Assembly (NCBI GenBank): GCA_038245295.1
Contig: JBBRSP010000003.1
Coordinates: 320,001 to 384,000, forward strand
DNA length: 64,000 bases
Reading direction: 5' to 3'
DNA from: Candidatus Binatia bacterium
GTDB lineage: Bacteria > Desulfobacterota > Binatia > HRBIN30
Shown here: piece after piece, positions 21,201 to 29,600 of the stretch
How positions within the stretch are numbered: the stretch's first letter is position 1
Layout of the letters: the number at the start of each line of letters is the position of its first letter
Notes under the pieces: generated by a model
The model's input: the letters and a program-made list of their open reading frames with translations, nothing else
Told to the model about the DNA's origin: nothing
Databases searched by the model: none
Program-made: the position numbers and the translations under genes

Positions 21201-24071
21201 AGCCGTGACGCTGCTGCCCTGGGTGCCATTGGGCGAGATCGCTTGGATGGATTTGGCGATCTGGGGGGTAGTGATTGTGGCGCTCGCCGTGTCGGTCTGG
21301 TCGATGGACGTAAAATCGGGGCCGCCCTCGGCGCCGGCGTAATTGAACAGCGTTGCCGTATTGGTCAGCACTTGGCGCGGCGTTACCGGCGATGCGTCGG
21401 TCGGCCCGTCCGCTTGCAGGTCATAGGTGATGACGGCGATGTTTCTGCCATTCGTCGGGTCGAAGGGGTCGATGGCTCCCGGCGGCGCTAGCGTTGGGCC
21501 CGGGTCATCAAGCTCGATGCCACCGAGCGGATCAAACAAACCACTTCCCAAGGCAGTGGTGGGAATGACGGCGCCGGTTCCATCGGTGACGCAGAGATTG
21601 AGCCCGCCACCCGGGATCGAAAACCCGCTTGGTAGCGAGTCGCGCAAACGCACATCGAACGCCCCAAGTATACTGTTCCCGGTGTTCTCGACGACGATGG
21701 CGAAGGTAACACGATCACCCCCGTCGATATTGCCGACGTTGCTGTTCATCGGCGTCGCCGTCAGTCCGTTCGTGCTGACGGTCGTGCCGAAGCGCGGGCA
21801 GGCGCCGCCCGGACTGGAGAACGCGACCGGCCCGACTGTGGAGGGTGCAAACGTAGCCGCAGCATTGGTGCTGGCTAAGGCACCTTTCGTGATCCGCAGG
21901 GCCGGCTCGGTGAGCTGGAACTGTACCAACGAGTCAGCCGCGGAGAGCGTGTTACTCGTATTGTTCTCGAGTTCCTGGACCTGATTGGTCAGGAAAAGTC
22001 CGTCGGCAAACGGCTGGGTGTTGATGGTCACGGTGAAGAGAAGGTCGACGGCGACGGGAGTGTTCGTGGGATCATCGTAGGTACCGTAGCTGAACCGGAG
22101 GAGATTGGCGGTCGCATCGCTCGACACTGTCGGCGTGATCCCGGATAGCGCAAAGAAGGTGTCTGAGGGCCCGAACTTCGCGGCTCCGGCGGCCGGCGCT
22201 GCGGCGCTGACCACCGCGCTGAAACCCGCCACCTCGGTAGCTACCAGCACAGGGAGCGGCAGGAAGTCATCGAAGCGCATGTTCTCGACGTCACCCGAGC
22301 GCATGGTGAAATGAATGCGGTAGGTGATCGTGTCGCCAGGGGCAAATTGGGTTGCCGGGCCGACGACCCCATTGCGCGCATAAATAGTCTTGGTGAGCGT
22401 ACCGCCGCCGAGGCTGACGCCCGCGGTGGAACCATCGCCTTCGGCAAACCCGGTTTGCATGAGCGTCCCGTTGTCGAGAATATCGCCCGCAACGTTGGTC
22501 ACGTTGCTCAATTGATCCCCTGGGTTGAGCGATGGGTTGCCCGACGGGAAGGTATCCGTAAACGAGTCGAGGATCGTGGTCTCGAATGTGATGGTCGCGG
22601 TCGTCGGCCCATCATTGGCCGCTCCGCCGTCCGGGACGAGGCCTCCGGCGAGACGCCCGGTAAATCCGCGAGTGATCAACTCGTCTGAAACGCGGAAAGT
22701 GAGGTCGGTGGTGCCGGTTCCGGGACTGTTCAGCACGCTGGAGGAGTTCGCCGGAGCGAGGGTGCCGCTGGAGGTAGCGCCGTTCTCGGTCACAGCGAGG
22801 GTTGGGGGTGTCAGATTGATATGTTGCCCATCGGAGAACGTGTCGGTGACGATCAGGTTCTGGAACGTGAAAAAATCGGACACCTGGAACACGAGCGTGT
22901 AGCGCAGGGTGTCGCCGGGCGAAGCCCCTGGGGCCCCGACGTCGGTGACGATCGCCACACTCTTTTGGATAGCGATCGACTTGTCGGTGAGCGTATGCTC
23001 CGGGCCGGGCTGATCGATCACCGGATGAGCGGGTGGGTCGCGCGCATCGATCGGCGTCCAATCGCCCTCGCCGCGGGCGTTGTTGAGAGACTGGACGTCG
23101 TCGCCCGTGATCGGGCTAATGACCGGAACTGCGTTGGCATCATTCTGGGGTACAAAGTATTCAAACGTAACCGTCGCATCGGCGGTGCCGGGGCCGCCGG
23201 TCACGGCGGGAAAACGCACAACGAGGTCGTTGTTGGGTGGGTTGGCGGCGGCTCCCACCGTAGGCGTATCGAGCACCACAGCGCCGGCCGGCGTCGTCGC
23301 GACAATCGATAGGAATGCAAGATTGTTCGGAAGGAAGTCGGTAACGTCGAGGTTGGTGATGGTCTGGCCATCGGCGATATCGACCGAAATCGTATAACGC
23401 CGCGGAAAGTTCGGGCCGGTCGCCGTTTCGGATTCTGGTCCGTTGTACGTCTTGGTAACGGTGAGGAGCGTCGGCGTCAGGTTGCCGCTCTGCGTCGTCC
23501 CGGTGATCGGTGGATCGGTCCCCGGGTTGTCTAGCGCGTCGGCGCCGTACCGGAAGCCAGGCGTCGCAAGCACTGTCAATGGTGTTCCGACATCGGCCAG
23601 GTTGCTTAGCAATGTAGTGACGCTGATCGTCGCGGGGGGCTGCGATGCGGTGAAACTGCCGAACGGCAACTGCAAAACGACGAGCTGGTCGCCGGCTGGG
23701 CATGCTACCGGCAGCCCGGTGTATGGGTGCGCGGCGACTGGACAAGTGAGAGTGATCGTGGCGACGGGAGTACCGAGGTACGTAGCGCTGACGAAGGTCA
23801 ACCCATCATCGGTTGCAGCGCCGGCGCCGTCGGCACCGATGCTCGGCAGAAGGAGGTCGATATAGGGACCAAAGCCGGCGTCGGTTGCCGCGGCGTTGTC
23901 AAAGGTCAACGACAGGGTCTGCTGTTGGCCGATCATTCCTGCGGCGGGAACGGCCAGTGTGACCGACGGAATTGGTTGTCCCCAGGCGACTGAGGCCAGG
24001 GGCAGACTCGCAACAAAGGACAGCGCTGCTCCTGTGGAGAGCCTCGCCAACGATAGAAACAGTTTGCCCAA
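15213..24071 (-). CDS. Giant (2952 aa) surface protein/adhesin with about 16 DUF11 / isopeptide-forming fimbrial-type repeats
   Basis: Signal peptide; repeated K..(P/A)GD.(I/V)TY..D.LP.G..N.A units; Pro/Thr linker, then a short Cys-containing C-terminal domain; TTG start with GAGG. Confidence 0.85.
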   Translation of the reverse strand: MGKLFLSLARLSTGAALSFVASLPLASVAWGQPIPSVTLAVPAAGMIGQQQTLSLTFDNAAATDAGFGPYIDLLLPSIGADGAGAATDDGLTFVSATYLGTPVATITLTCPVAAHPYTGLPVACPAGDQLVVLQLPFGSFTASQPPATISVTTLLSNLADVGTPLTVLATPGFRYGADALDNPGTDPPITGTTQSGNLTPTLLTVTKTYNGPESETATGPNFPRRYTISVDIADGQTITNLDVTDFLPNNLAFLSIVATTPAGAVVLDTPTVGAAANPPNNDLVVRFPAVTGGPGTADATVTFEYFVPQNDANAVPVISPITGDDVQSLNNARGEGDWTPIDARDPPAHPVIDQPGPEHTLTDKSIAIQKSVAIVTDVGAPGASPGDTLRYTLVFQVSDFFTFQNLIVTDTFSDGQHINLTPPTLAVTENGATSSGTLAPANSSSVLNSPGTGTTDLTFRVSDELITRGFTGRLAGGLVPDGGAANDGPTTATITFETTILDSFTDTFPSGNPSLNPGDQLSNVTNVAGDILDNGTLMQTGFAEGDGSTAGVSLGGGTLTKTIYARNGVVGPATQFAPGDTITYRIHFTMRSGDVENMRFDDFLPLPVLVATEVAGFSAVVSAAAPAAGAAKFGPSDTFFALSGITPTVSSDATANLLRFSYGTYDDPTNTPVAVDLLFTVTINTQPFADGLFLTNQVQELENNTSNTLSAADSLVQFQLTEPALRITKGALASTNAAATFAPSTVGPVAFSSPGGACPRFGTTVSTNGLTATPMNSNVGNIDGGDRVTFAIVVENTGNSILGAFDVRLRDSLPSGFSIPGGGLNLCVTDGTGAVIPTTALGSGLFDPLGGIELDDPGPTLAPPGAIDPFDPTNGRNIAVITYDLQADGPTDASPVTPRQVLTNTATLFNYAGAEGGPDFTSIDQTDTASATITTPQIAKSIQAISPNGTQGSSVTAGDVITYALAVTLPEGRTPGLVLSDILPTGFQFIPGSVLVLPGTFNGSLNLAPTVGVAGAPATGQTITLTFGTTDVTADNNGATNTFTVTLQALVLDTAQNNGIPAQTKTNTGRLNFTGNPGGPLSSTASTTFLQPRLTLSKAMAPANPDAGDVVTITLVANNTGTAPAYDVVLADPLPSSLFDLTPVVSVNAGSTPVDFAFSYASPTVTYAMLPASFIAPGGSRSFTFTARVRPDVVTGTTYQNTASVTGDSQSGVVAQQRATTNAGSANVSIPNAGVSKSIVATSENSTDPGDLGINGNPPVAIGEVVTYRVTFTVPEGITNGVILADVLPAGTTLVSGSARLDRTSLLLTSAADPGSINSNSPGSPVAVTLTGSTGEVSLTLGNVVNADMDNTTAEQYLLTLRVVVDNSVTNNAGTSLSNIGRLHFLNAGGVSQQVDSTPRLTHIAEPVVSVDKTANPTSATGGDTIAFTLVVTNSASGTNAASGFDWTISDTLPVQYVSPLVTSVNVGATGATAGAAFVGNLLSGTIDQLDPGESVTITYTAVLGPLAQFGQTVPNIATVNASSLPGSNGTGNATPGAPGSTTGERTATGGANDLTASDPAAVTVGVPTLTKTTLNPQPYYAIGETPQFRISVGAPVGSASNFVITDVLPAGLSFNAGSLVVTLPVGAVAANAPLSEGNAAFFTLVGNNLTFNFGNITVPTAGNIQIAYTTTVRNVIGNQDNIYLPNTASLNFVNAATGTPIALGPVTNDLPVRVGEPNLEMQKQVLAGATNADAGDTVSWRVILQNVGHTTAYRLNWNDVMPNGLYQLSNVVVTPSGGNVFLNATNTPVNSTHSIVSTTSNTNDTVSLPLLQMAPGTTLQIDFDSVVMNTVVPGQVLNNATRANYTSLVGGGRDNSSGPATVDDDNNTTLNNYAEQASQALTIAAPIAIDKTVSPSVYTVGQNVSYNIRVSVVEGTTPGMIVTDVLPAGLTYVSHSIAFGNLGMTAGNASYNTRLGSGQTVQFNFGNVIDPGNSSSSDDFVAITLTARVDNILANQSGTILRNGEQANGSSLTVQYGSTTLNFDHDAGTPGFQGVPISLIEPVLEVLKSADPVSQSLGDIVTYTVQVRHAPSSTADAYDLVLNDVLPPGLTYVPGSATLPAADVTAAGQNLQFRISALTLLAGNTTFTYQATIDLGAQIGAPLTNNVALTWAGIPGATGAPDNGRNGGDGIGGLNDYTSGSSATVTPNENAFIDATKTVIDLNGGEVYPGDILQYTVTLINTSAPVTGVVFTDTVPIQTTYVNGTLSSTQGTTNDSGRPTLRVNVGSMTTGQTVSITFEARVLAGTAHGVVISNQGSVDSNQTVPEPTDVDGNDKNGDQPTDVITGQGIPAHRLRAEKYVEIVSDTVPPVGTINPGDVIRYLITLKNTGASILTNVVFNDTVPSSIAVTAISTTQGTAPPPSNTIFIGDIGTLLPNASVTITVIGTVTGTGTICNQGSGDSLQTSPSLTDNNPSIADGVQPTCIDSLPPGSVGTPRLILDKTYQLIGDNNNSGGPNGGERVRYKMTVQNTGSAMAIDVFLTDPAPANTTIVPGSVITSQGAVVSESPVSVNLGTMAAGQVATVTFDVDIDNAVAAGTRITNTATVTDRVGNTATDSTAYTIQALAIDLAIRKQHSGTFAPGQNGTYTLTVTNVGSLATTGTITVIDTLPTGFSYVSASGGAFACSGASQTMTCVRTAPLPPGSISSILLVVRVDSSASPISINVASVTTDGDGNISNNTATDPTSVSGVGPTPTATPLTPVPSATPTRTRPGTDVTPIPTRTPTGVRSTPTRASTFTPPPTRTRRPPGTPEPCGGNRKFKLLWSNRDPLHAKVIFSATRCVAPPGCFDTSWTGPMTIAPVTLTISDSQGGTLEETLELLPLNQGSCPGGVDSYCFTNDDVVHVDRMHFVYGRDGITTLRGKINFKLPTPEAPTLTAPLRVRVADSDGYVLDILFSVCQLRTGITTTTLQCR

Positions 24072-24264
24072 AATAGAACCTCTCCGCTCGTTCCGGTAGC
24101 GAACCGTGGGCCATCCGGGAGTAGGGCGCCGGGGTTAGGGAATCGTGCTGCTCGACGCGTTCAGAATGTCTCAATGGTGTTTCACGAGCGTACGCATGGT
24201 CTTCGTCCCGTGGGGGAATTCCCACCGGTGCGACGGGCAGGTAGCTGCGCCGGGCGGCTGATTT

Positions 24265-26151
24265 TTATTTCAGACTGAGCTGACCGTTGACGGGATTCTT
24301 CTTGAACCGCCAGTTGTACATGTCGGTATCCGGGCCGACCTGGACGATCATCGTCATACTCACATCGGTGCCGGTGTCGAATTCGGAGAGATCACCGTCT
24401 TTGGCCGACAGGCTTACCGAGGTCGAGCCGTCGAGGCGATTGACGACGCGTAGCTTGGTGAAGAAGCCGTCGAAGGTTCCCTTGATCGTCCCGTAGGCGC
24501 CGAAGTTCTCGAGCAAGCCGAAGTCGAAGATCTGGTCGACATTGCCGTCGGTGAATCGCACTTTGACAGGCCCGCTGGCGGAGCGCGGATGGCCGAGGCG
24601 GGCGCCGAGGTAGAGGCGGCTGCCGGCACCGTTGATCGGCTTCAAGCGGGCTACACGGCGCACGAATCCCTGGTTACCGAAGCCAAGCGTTGTGCCTCCG
24701 AGGTTTGCCACGGTGCCGTTGGCGAGGCTGGTGTTGACGTCGTTGATCGTCGCGTCGACGGTGATTGCGTCGCTCGCCGTGGCGCCGGCTTCGGCGATCA
24801 CCTCGATCAAATAGCGACCCTCGACCGCCAACGGGATCGTAACGCGATCCTCGCCGATGCTGTCCATGTCGAAGTCACCTTCGGTGTAAGCGACGTTCGG
24901 AATCGTGCTGGTCGTCGCGGAGGCGGTCAAGCCATTCGGATCCGTGACCAGGAGATTCACCGGTCCTTCCGAGTGAATCTCCAGGTTGAGCGCCGGGTTG
25001 TCGGCGACGAAGACCTCGTAGGTCTTGTCCGCATTGCCGCCGGTCGGATTGCAGTTCGACTGGTAGGCGAGCTTGGCGCCGTTGGCACTCAGTTTCGGAT
25101 AGAGATTGAGGCAGGTGCTCGGGCCGTCGGTGATCTGCGTGAAGGTTTTGCGCGTGCGGTTGTAGAGCAGGATCTCGTTGCTGTGATCGGGGTTGTTGCC
25201 GGTGGCGTCGAAGCCGGAGGTGAAGGCGATCCACTTGCCGTCGTCGTTGATCGTCGGAGTGTCGCCATCGAAGGGGCCGTCCGGCGTGCCGGATACCAGT
25301 GTCGTGTAGCCGGTCTTGCTGCGCAGATAGACCGCCGATGCGCCGTCCGGGTTGAGGCCTGCGACGTTACTCGACGAGATGTAGGTGATGAAACGGCCGT
25401 CGCCACTGACTGCCGGCACGCTGGAATCGCCGTTGCCTTCCGGGTCGTTGGTGATCTGATCGAGATTGCGCGCCGTCAGATCGTAGACGAATAGCTCCTG
25501 GCTGAAGTCGGCGTTGCGACCGGTGAGATCGCTGGTGCTGACGAAAGCGATCGTCTTGCCGTCGCCGCTGAGCGCCGGGTTGTGGCTTTCCCCGTCGCCA
25601 TTGGGATCCCGCGATAAGGCCATGTTGCCGCTGCGGTTGTACAGATAGACCTCGTTGCTGAAGTCGTTGTTGGCGCCGCGCAGGTTGCTGCTGGTCTCGA
25701 AGCCAACGCGTTTGCCGTCGCCGCTGATCGCCGGCACCAGGCTCGAGCCGTCGCCTTCCTTATCACGCGTAAGCTGAGAGAAGCGTTTGCGGGTGCGGTC
25801 ATAGCGGAAGATCTCGTCGCTGCCGTCGTCGTTGCGGCCGACATAATCGGACGAGGATTCGAAGGCGATATAGCGGCCGTCCGCCGAGATGACCGGATTC
25901 GTCGAGCCATCGGCGGTGATGCGCACGAACTGACCGGTGAGCAGGTCGTAGGTGAAGGTGTTGGCCACCGGCGTCGCGTTGGTCCCGCCGAGGTTGCCGT
26001 TCGAGCCGAGAACAACGATTCGCCCGTCGCCGCTGATCCCCGGTGGGCTGGTGAATTTGCCGACCGGAAGGTTGGTAACTTGCACAGTGCCGGCGTTGGC
26101 GGTGCCGACGAGAGCCGCCAGGATGAGTAGGGCGAGGTTTGAGTGTCGCAT
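24265..26151 (-). CDS. Exported TolB-like (PD40) beta-propeller protein with a C-terminal beta domain
   Basis: Signal peptide; about 7 repeats of P.IS.DG..IAF.S..(N/D). Confidence 0.8.
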   Translation of the reverse strand: MRHSNLALLILAALVGTANAGTVQVTNLPVGKFTSPPGISGDGRIVVLGSNGNLGGTNATPVANTFTYDLLTGQFVRITADGSTNPVISADGRYIAFESSSDYVGRNDDGSDEIFRYDRTRKRFSQLTRDKEGDGSSLVPAISGDGKRVGFETSSNLRGANNDFSNEVYLYNRSGNMALSRDPNGDGESHNPALSGDGKTIAFVSTSDLTGRNADFSQELFVYDLTARNLDQITNDPEGNGDSSVPAVSGDGRFITYISSSNVAGLNPDGASAVYLRSKTGYTTLVSGTPDGPFDGDTPTINDDGKWIAFTSGFDATGNNPDHSNEILLYNRTRKTFTQITDGPSTCLNLYPKLSANGAKLAYQSNCNPTGGNADKTYEVFVADNPALNLEIHSEGPVNLLVTDPNGLTASATTSTIPNVAYTEGDFDMDSIGEDRVTIPLAVEGRYLIEVIAEAGATASDAITVDATINDVNTSLANGTVANLGGTTLGFGNQGFVRRVARLKPINGAGSRLYLGARLGHPRSASGPVKVRFTDGNVDQIFDFGLLENFGAYGTIKGTFDGFFTKLRVVNRLDGSTSVSLSAKDGDLSEFDTGTDVSMTMIVQVGPDTDMYNWRFKKNPVNGQLSLK

Positions 26152-26208
26152 CAGCTCTATGGTCGCCTCAGACCCGGGAGGCTGTCAATCAACAATTCTC
26201 GGGCCGCG

Positions 26209-26751
26209 CTATTCGTCCAGAAGCGCCAAAGCGGCACGATGCGCGGCCTCGAACGGATCGCGCTCCGCCTGCAACCCAGTCGGCAAGCCCTCATCGGCGG
26301 CGATGAGAAAAAAGAAACTCTGCACCAGCAGGTATCCCCATAACGCGGTACTCGTCGCCGCGAGGGGCGGAGCGCTCAACCAGCGCGCCAGGAGCAACCC
26401 GCCAAGTTGCAATACGCCTTCGATCGTGACCGCGCGTGCGGTGCTGTTGCGGTAGAGGAAGGCGCTTCTGGCAATACCCAGCGTTAGCCCCAACCCAAGG
26501 CCGAGCTCCGTTGGGTTGCGCGCGACCAACGCTGCGACGACGGCGACTCCGCCGGCGCAGCCTGCGACGATGAGACTGCGTGAGCGGTTGCGGCTCAGGC
26601 CGCTGACATAGAGCACGATCGCGAGGATGAGGTAGAGCTGCCTCGCGGCGTTTGCGCCAAGTAGCGGTCCGACGACGACCAACCATGGAACCCAGGCCGC
26701 GGCCGCCAAAGCCGCGAACAGAACGCTGCGTCCAAACGTGTTCCAGGTCAT
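26209..26751 (-). CDS. Hypothetical multi-pass membrane protein
   Basis: 5-6 hydrophobic segments; ATGA coupling with the PspA-like gene. Confidence 0.75.
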   Translation of the reverse strand: MTWNTFGRSVLFAALAAAAWVPWLVVVGPLLGANAARQLYLILAIVLYVSGLSRNRSRSLIVAGCAGGVAVVAALVARNPTELGLGLGLTLGIARSAFLYRNSTARAVTIEGVLQLGGLLLARWLSAPPLAATSTALWGYLLVQSFFFLIAADEGLPTGLQAERDPFEAAHRAALALLDE

Positions 26752-27296
26752 GACGGCTCTCCTGTTGATCCCGGCGCGGACTGACGTCGCCGCAACAATT
26801 CGATCTCGATCTCCTCGTCGCGAACCTCGTACCCGCTCGGCGGTAGGCTGCCGAACGCGCCATCGTGCGACCGCGCCACGGCCAAGCGTACGCGGCCGCG
26901 TAACACCTCGAATTCGCTCTGCTGGGTTGCCAGTTGCGCGGCCAGCGTGTCGATCTCCGTCCGCAGTCTGGTCTGTATGACGTGGCGCTGGCCCGCCTCG
27001 TGACGGCGCGGCAACAGCCGGCGAATGGCGAAACGCGCCAGGTCGTCCTTCCCACCAGCCAGCGCAAGGCCGATGTCTTCCTCCAGCGCCTGCATCTCAC
27101 GCCCACCCGTTGCCTCAACCTCGTGCAACCGCCGGCATTCGTCGTGTAGCGCTTCGATCCGTGCCCGTTTTCGGTCGAGCTCTAACTCGGCTTCGCGCAG
27201 ATGTTGCTTGAGCAACAAGGCGCGATCCTCGAGCGATTCGACGACGCCGTGAGCGTCGGCTTTGAGAAGGATGGCAATTCGAGTCAACAGTTTCAT
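26748..27296 (-). CDS. PspA/IM30 family coiled-coil protein
   Basis: MKLLTRI..LKAD..VESLED..LLKQHLRE; ALAGGKDDLAR; acidic EEIEIEL tail; RBS AAAGGA. Confidence 0.8.
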   Translation of the reverse strand: MKLLTRIAILLKADAHGVVESLEDRALLLKQHLREAELELDRKRARIEALHDECRRLHEVEATGGREMQALEEDIGLALAGGKDDLARFAIRRLLPRRHEAGQRHVIQTRLRTEIDTLAAQLATQQSEFEVLRGRVRLAVARSHDGAFGSLPPSGYEVRDEEIEIELLRRRQSAPGSTGEPS

Positions 27297-27334
27297 GATG
27301 TTGTCCTTTCCTGTCAGGCCGAACGGTGCTCCAG

Positions 27335-28753
27335 CTACTTCTTGCTACCGGCACGTCGGGCATCGAGCGCTTGGGCGCTTGCAGCCTTGCTCAGCTCGTT
27401 GCGCTGTCGCTCTTGACCAGGCCCGTTGAAGGCGGCGGCGACGTTGTCCTTGAGCTTGTCGGCCTCCTTGAGCTGAGCGCTGACGGCCGGCGAACTGAGG
27501 TGGGCGTTCATGCGCTCCGCGTCGGCGCGGAACTCTTCGACGCTTTTGATTGCGCCGTCGCGATCTCCGGCTTGCACCTGCCGCGCCACCGCATCTTGCA
27601 TCTTGTTGTAACTGTCGACGATGACGGCTCGGCCCCAGGCGCCCGGTTCTACATGGTCGTAGAACTCGCCTTCGCCGGCGACACAGGCGATTTTCGGGAG
27701 CGCGTCGAGATTCAGTACGGCTCGCGTCGCGCCGTTGCCGTATGACAAGGCGAACACGCCGAGGTCGGCCTCGCCGAGGACAGCGTGTGGCACGGCGAGC
27801 GTCACCCAGACGCGGCGTTGCTGGCCGGCAAAGAGCGACCCGGGGTGGAAGGTGACTTGTCCATCATGTGTTTCAATCGGGTAGCCGGCCGCGTCGAGTA
27901 CGCGTACTCCCGGAGCCGGATGAATCTCTACGGCCAGACCGCTCGCGATCGTCTCGCGCGCCGCCTGGAACTCGCGGGCGAAGACGTCGGAGAGCGTGTT
28001 TGTGTTCTGGACGTAATAGTAGTTGCCGGTTCCCGCGTCGGCGAGCGATGTCATCAGTTGCTCGTTGAAGTCGGTACCGACGCCGACGGTCGACAGCATG
28101 AACTCGCCCTGCGCCGCGCGGGCCGCACGGCGGCGCAAGCCTTCGGGGCTGGCGTCACCCTGATTCGCCAGACCATCGGAGATGAGCAGCATATGAGGAA
28201 CGTGGTCGCTCTGCCGATTCGCTTCTATGAGAGCGAAGGCGCGGTCGAGCCCACTCGACACGTTGGTGCCGCCGTCGGGTGTCACGGCGGCGAGCCTCCC
28301 GAGGAGCTCTGCCCGTGTGCCGTCATCGACCGTCGTCAAACTGATCGGCACTTCGGAAGTGGTGCTGTAGGTGACCAGGGCGAAGCGGTCGCCGGTGGTC
28401 AATTGCGCCAACAATTCGCGCACCGCGGCTCGGGCGTGGTCGATCTTCTCACCCGACATCGAGCCGGAGCGGTCGAGCACCACGACGAGGTCGGTGGCGT
28501 GGCGGTGGGGCGATTCTGCGGCGGACGCGGCGCCGGCCATGACCAGCTCGAGGCGCACGACACCGTCGGCGCCGCGCAGGACGGCGGTGCGATCCAGTGT
28601 GCCGGTGAACGACACGGGGCCGTTGCCCGCAGCCGCGATTCGCTGCGGCGGCGGTGGCGGTTGACTGCCGACCCCGCGGCCGACGAATCCGGCGAAGCCG
28701 GTCAGCAGCAGTAACCCCGTGGCGATCATGAATTGTACTCGGCGCGATTTCAT
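27335..28753 (-). CDS. Membrane-anchored/exported von Willebrand factor A domain protein (YfbK-like)
   Basis: N-terminal hydrophobic segment; MIDAS DRSGS, GGTN, ISDG and VGVGTDFNE. Confidence 0.88.
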   Translation of the reverse strand: MKSRRVQFMIATGLLLLTGFAGFVGRGVGSQPPPPPQRIAAAGNGPVSFTGTLDRTAVLRGADGVVRLELVMAGAASAAESPHRHATDLVVVLDRSGSMSGEKIDHARAAVRELLAQLTTGDRFALVTYSTTSEVPISLTTVDDGTRAELLGRLAAVTPDGGTNVSSGLDRAFALIEANRQSDHVPHMLLISDGLANQGDASPEGLRRRAARAAQGEFMLSTVGVGTDFNEQLMTSLADAGTGNYYYVQNTNTLSDVFAREFQAARETIASGLAVEIHPAPGVRVLDAAGYPIETHDGQVTFHPGSLFAGQQRRVWVTLAVPHAVLGEADLGVFALSYGNGATRAVLNLDALPKIACVAGEGEFYDHVEPGAWGRAVIVDSYNKMQDAVARQVQAGDRDGAIKSVEEFRADAERMNAHLSSPAVSAQLKEADKLKDNVAAAFNGPGQERQRNELSKAASAQALDARRAGSKK

Positions 28754-28833
28754 AAGCGTCTCCCTTCGTTCCGTGGTGCGGCGAGCTGTCGCCGTCACTC
28801 GCCGACTACATACGCCCGAGAGCGCGATTCGTT

Positions 28834-28851
28834 TGTAAAAGGACTGTAAAA
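28834..28851. promoter_or_regulatory. Direct repeat, candidate OmpR/CpxR-type operator
   Basis: TGTAAAA-N4-TGTAAAA (11-bp period) in the divergent intergenic region of an otherwise GC-rich area. Confidence 0.55.
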
Positions 28852-28910
28852 GCGGGCAGGGCAGAGTGCGGCGCGTTTACTGTAGCCGCGAAATGCGTAC
28901 ACTCGTGGCC

Positions 28911-29597
28911 GTGTCAGCCGAGATTCTCATCGTCGAAGACGAAGCGGTGATTCGCAGCGGCCTGTGTGATCTCCTCGCCCTGCAGGGATACGTCCCCGTC
29001 GCAGTTGGCAACGGCGAACAAGGTCTCGCGCAGGCCCGCGCCAAGGAGCACGCGCTGGTGATTCTCGATGTGATGTTGCCCGAGATGAGCGGCCTCGATG
29101 TCTGCCGGCTGTTACGCGCCGAACGGCCGACGCAGGCAATCCTGCTGCTTACGGCGCGTGGCTCCGAGAGCGATGTGCTCGACGGCTTTCGCAGCGGTGC
29201 CGATGACTACGTCACGAAACCATTCTCTGTCGCCGAGTTGTTGGCGCGTGTTGCCGCGCTGTTGCGGCGCAGCGCTGCGACAACAGCGGACCCTGTCGCC
29301 ACCTTTGTGTTCGGCGCGTGGGCCGTCGATCCACACCAACGGACGGCCTGTAGCGCGGAGTCGAGTGTTGTCTTGAGCAGCCGTGAAGTGGCGCTGCTGG
29401 CATTGCTGGCGCGCGAACGGGGCCGCATCGTCGGTCGGCGGCAGCTGCTCGCGGAAGTCTGGGGCATGCAGCATGTGGAAGCGATCGAGACGCGCACCGT
29501 CGATATGCACGTCGCCAAACTTCGCAAGAAGCTGGCGGCCGGTGGCGTCGACCCGATCGCAACCGTGCGTGGTGAGGGATACCGCTACGGCGGTTGA
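28911..29597 (+). CDS. OmpR-family response regulator
   Basis: IVEDE, LDVMLP, GADDYVTKPF and RTVDMHVAKLRKK..TVRGEGY; TACACT 7 nt before the GTG suggests a leaderless start. Confidence 0.93.
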   Translation: MSAEILIVEDEAVIRSGLCDLLALQGYVPVAVGNGEQGLAQARAKEHALVILDVMLPEMSGLDVCRLLRAERPTQAILLLTARGSESDVLDGFRSGADDYVTKPFSVAELLARVAALLRRSAATTADPVATFVFGAWAVDPHQRTACSAESSVVLSSREVALLALLARERGRIVGRRQLLAEVWGMQHVEAIETRTVDMHVAKLRKKLAAGGVDPIATVRGEGYRYGG

Positions 29598-29600
29598 GGC

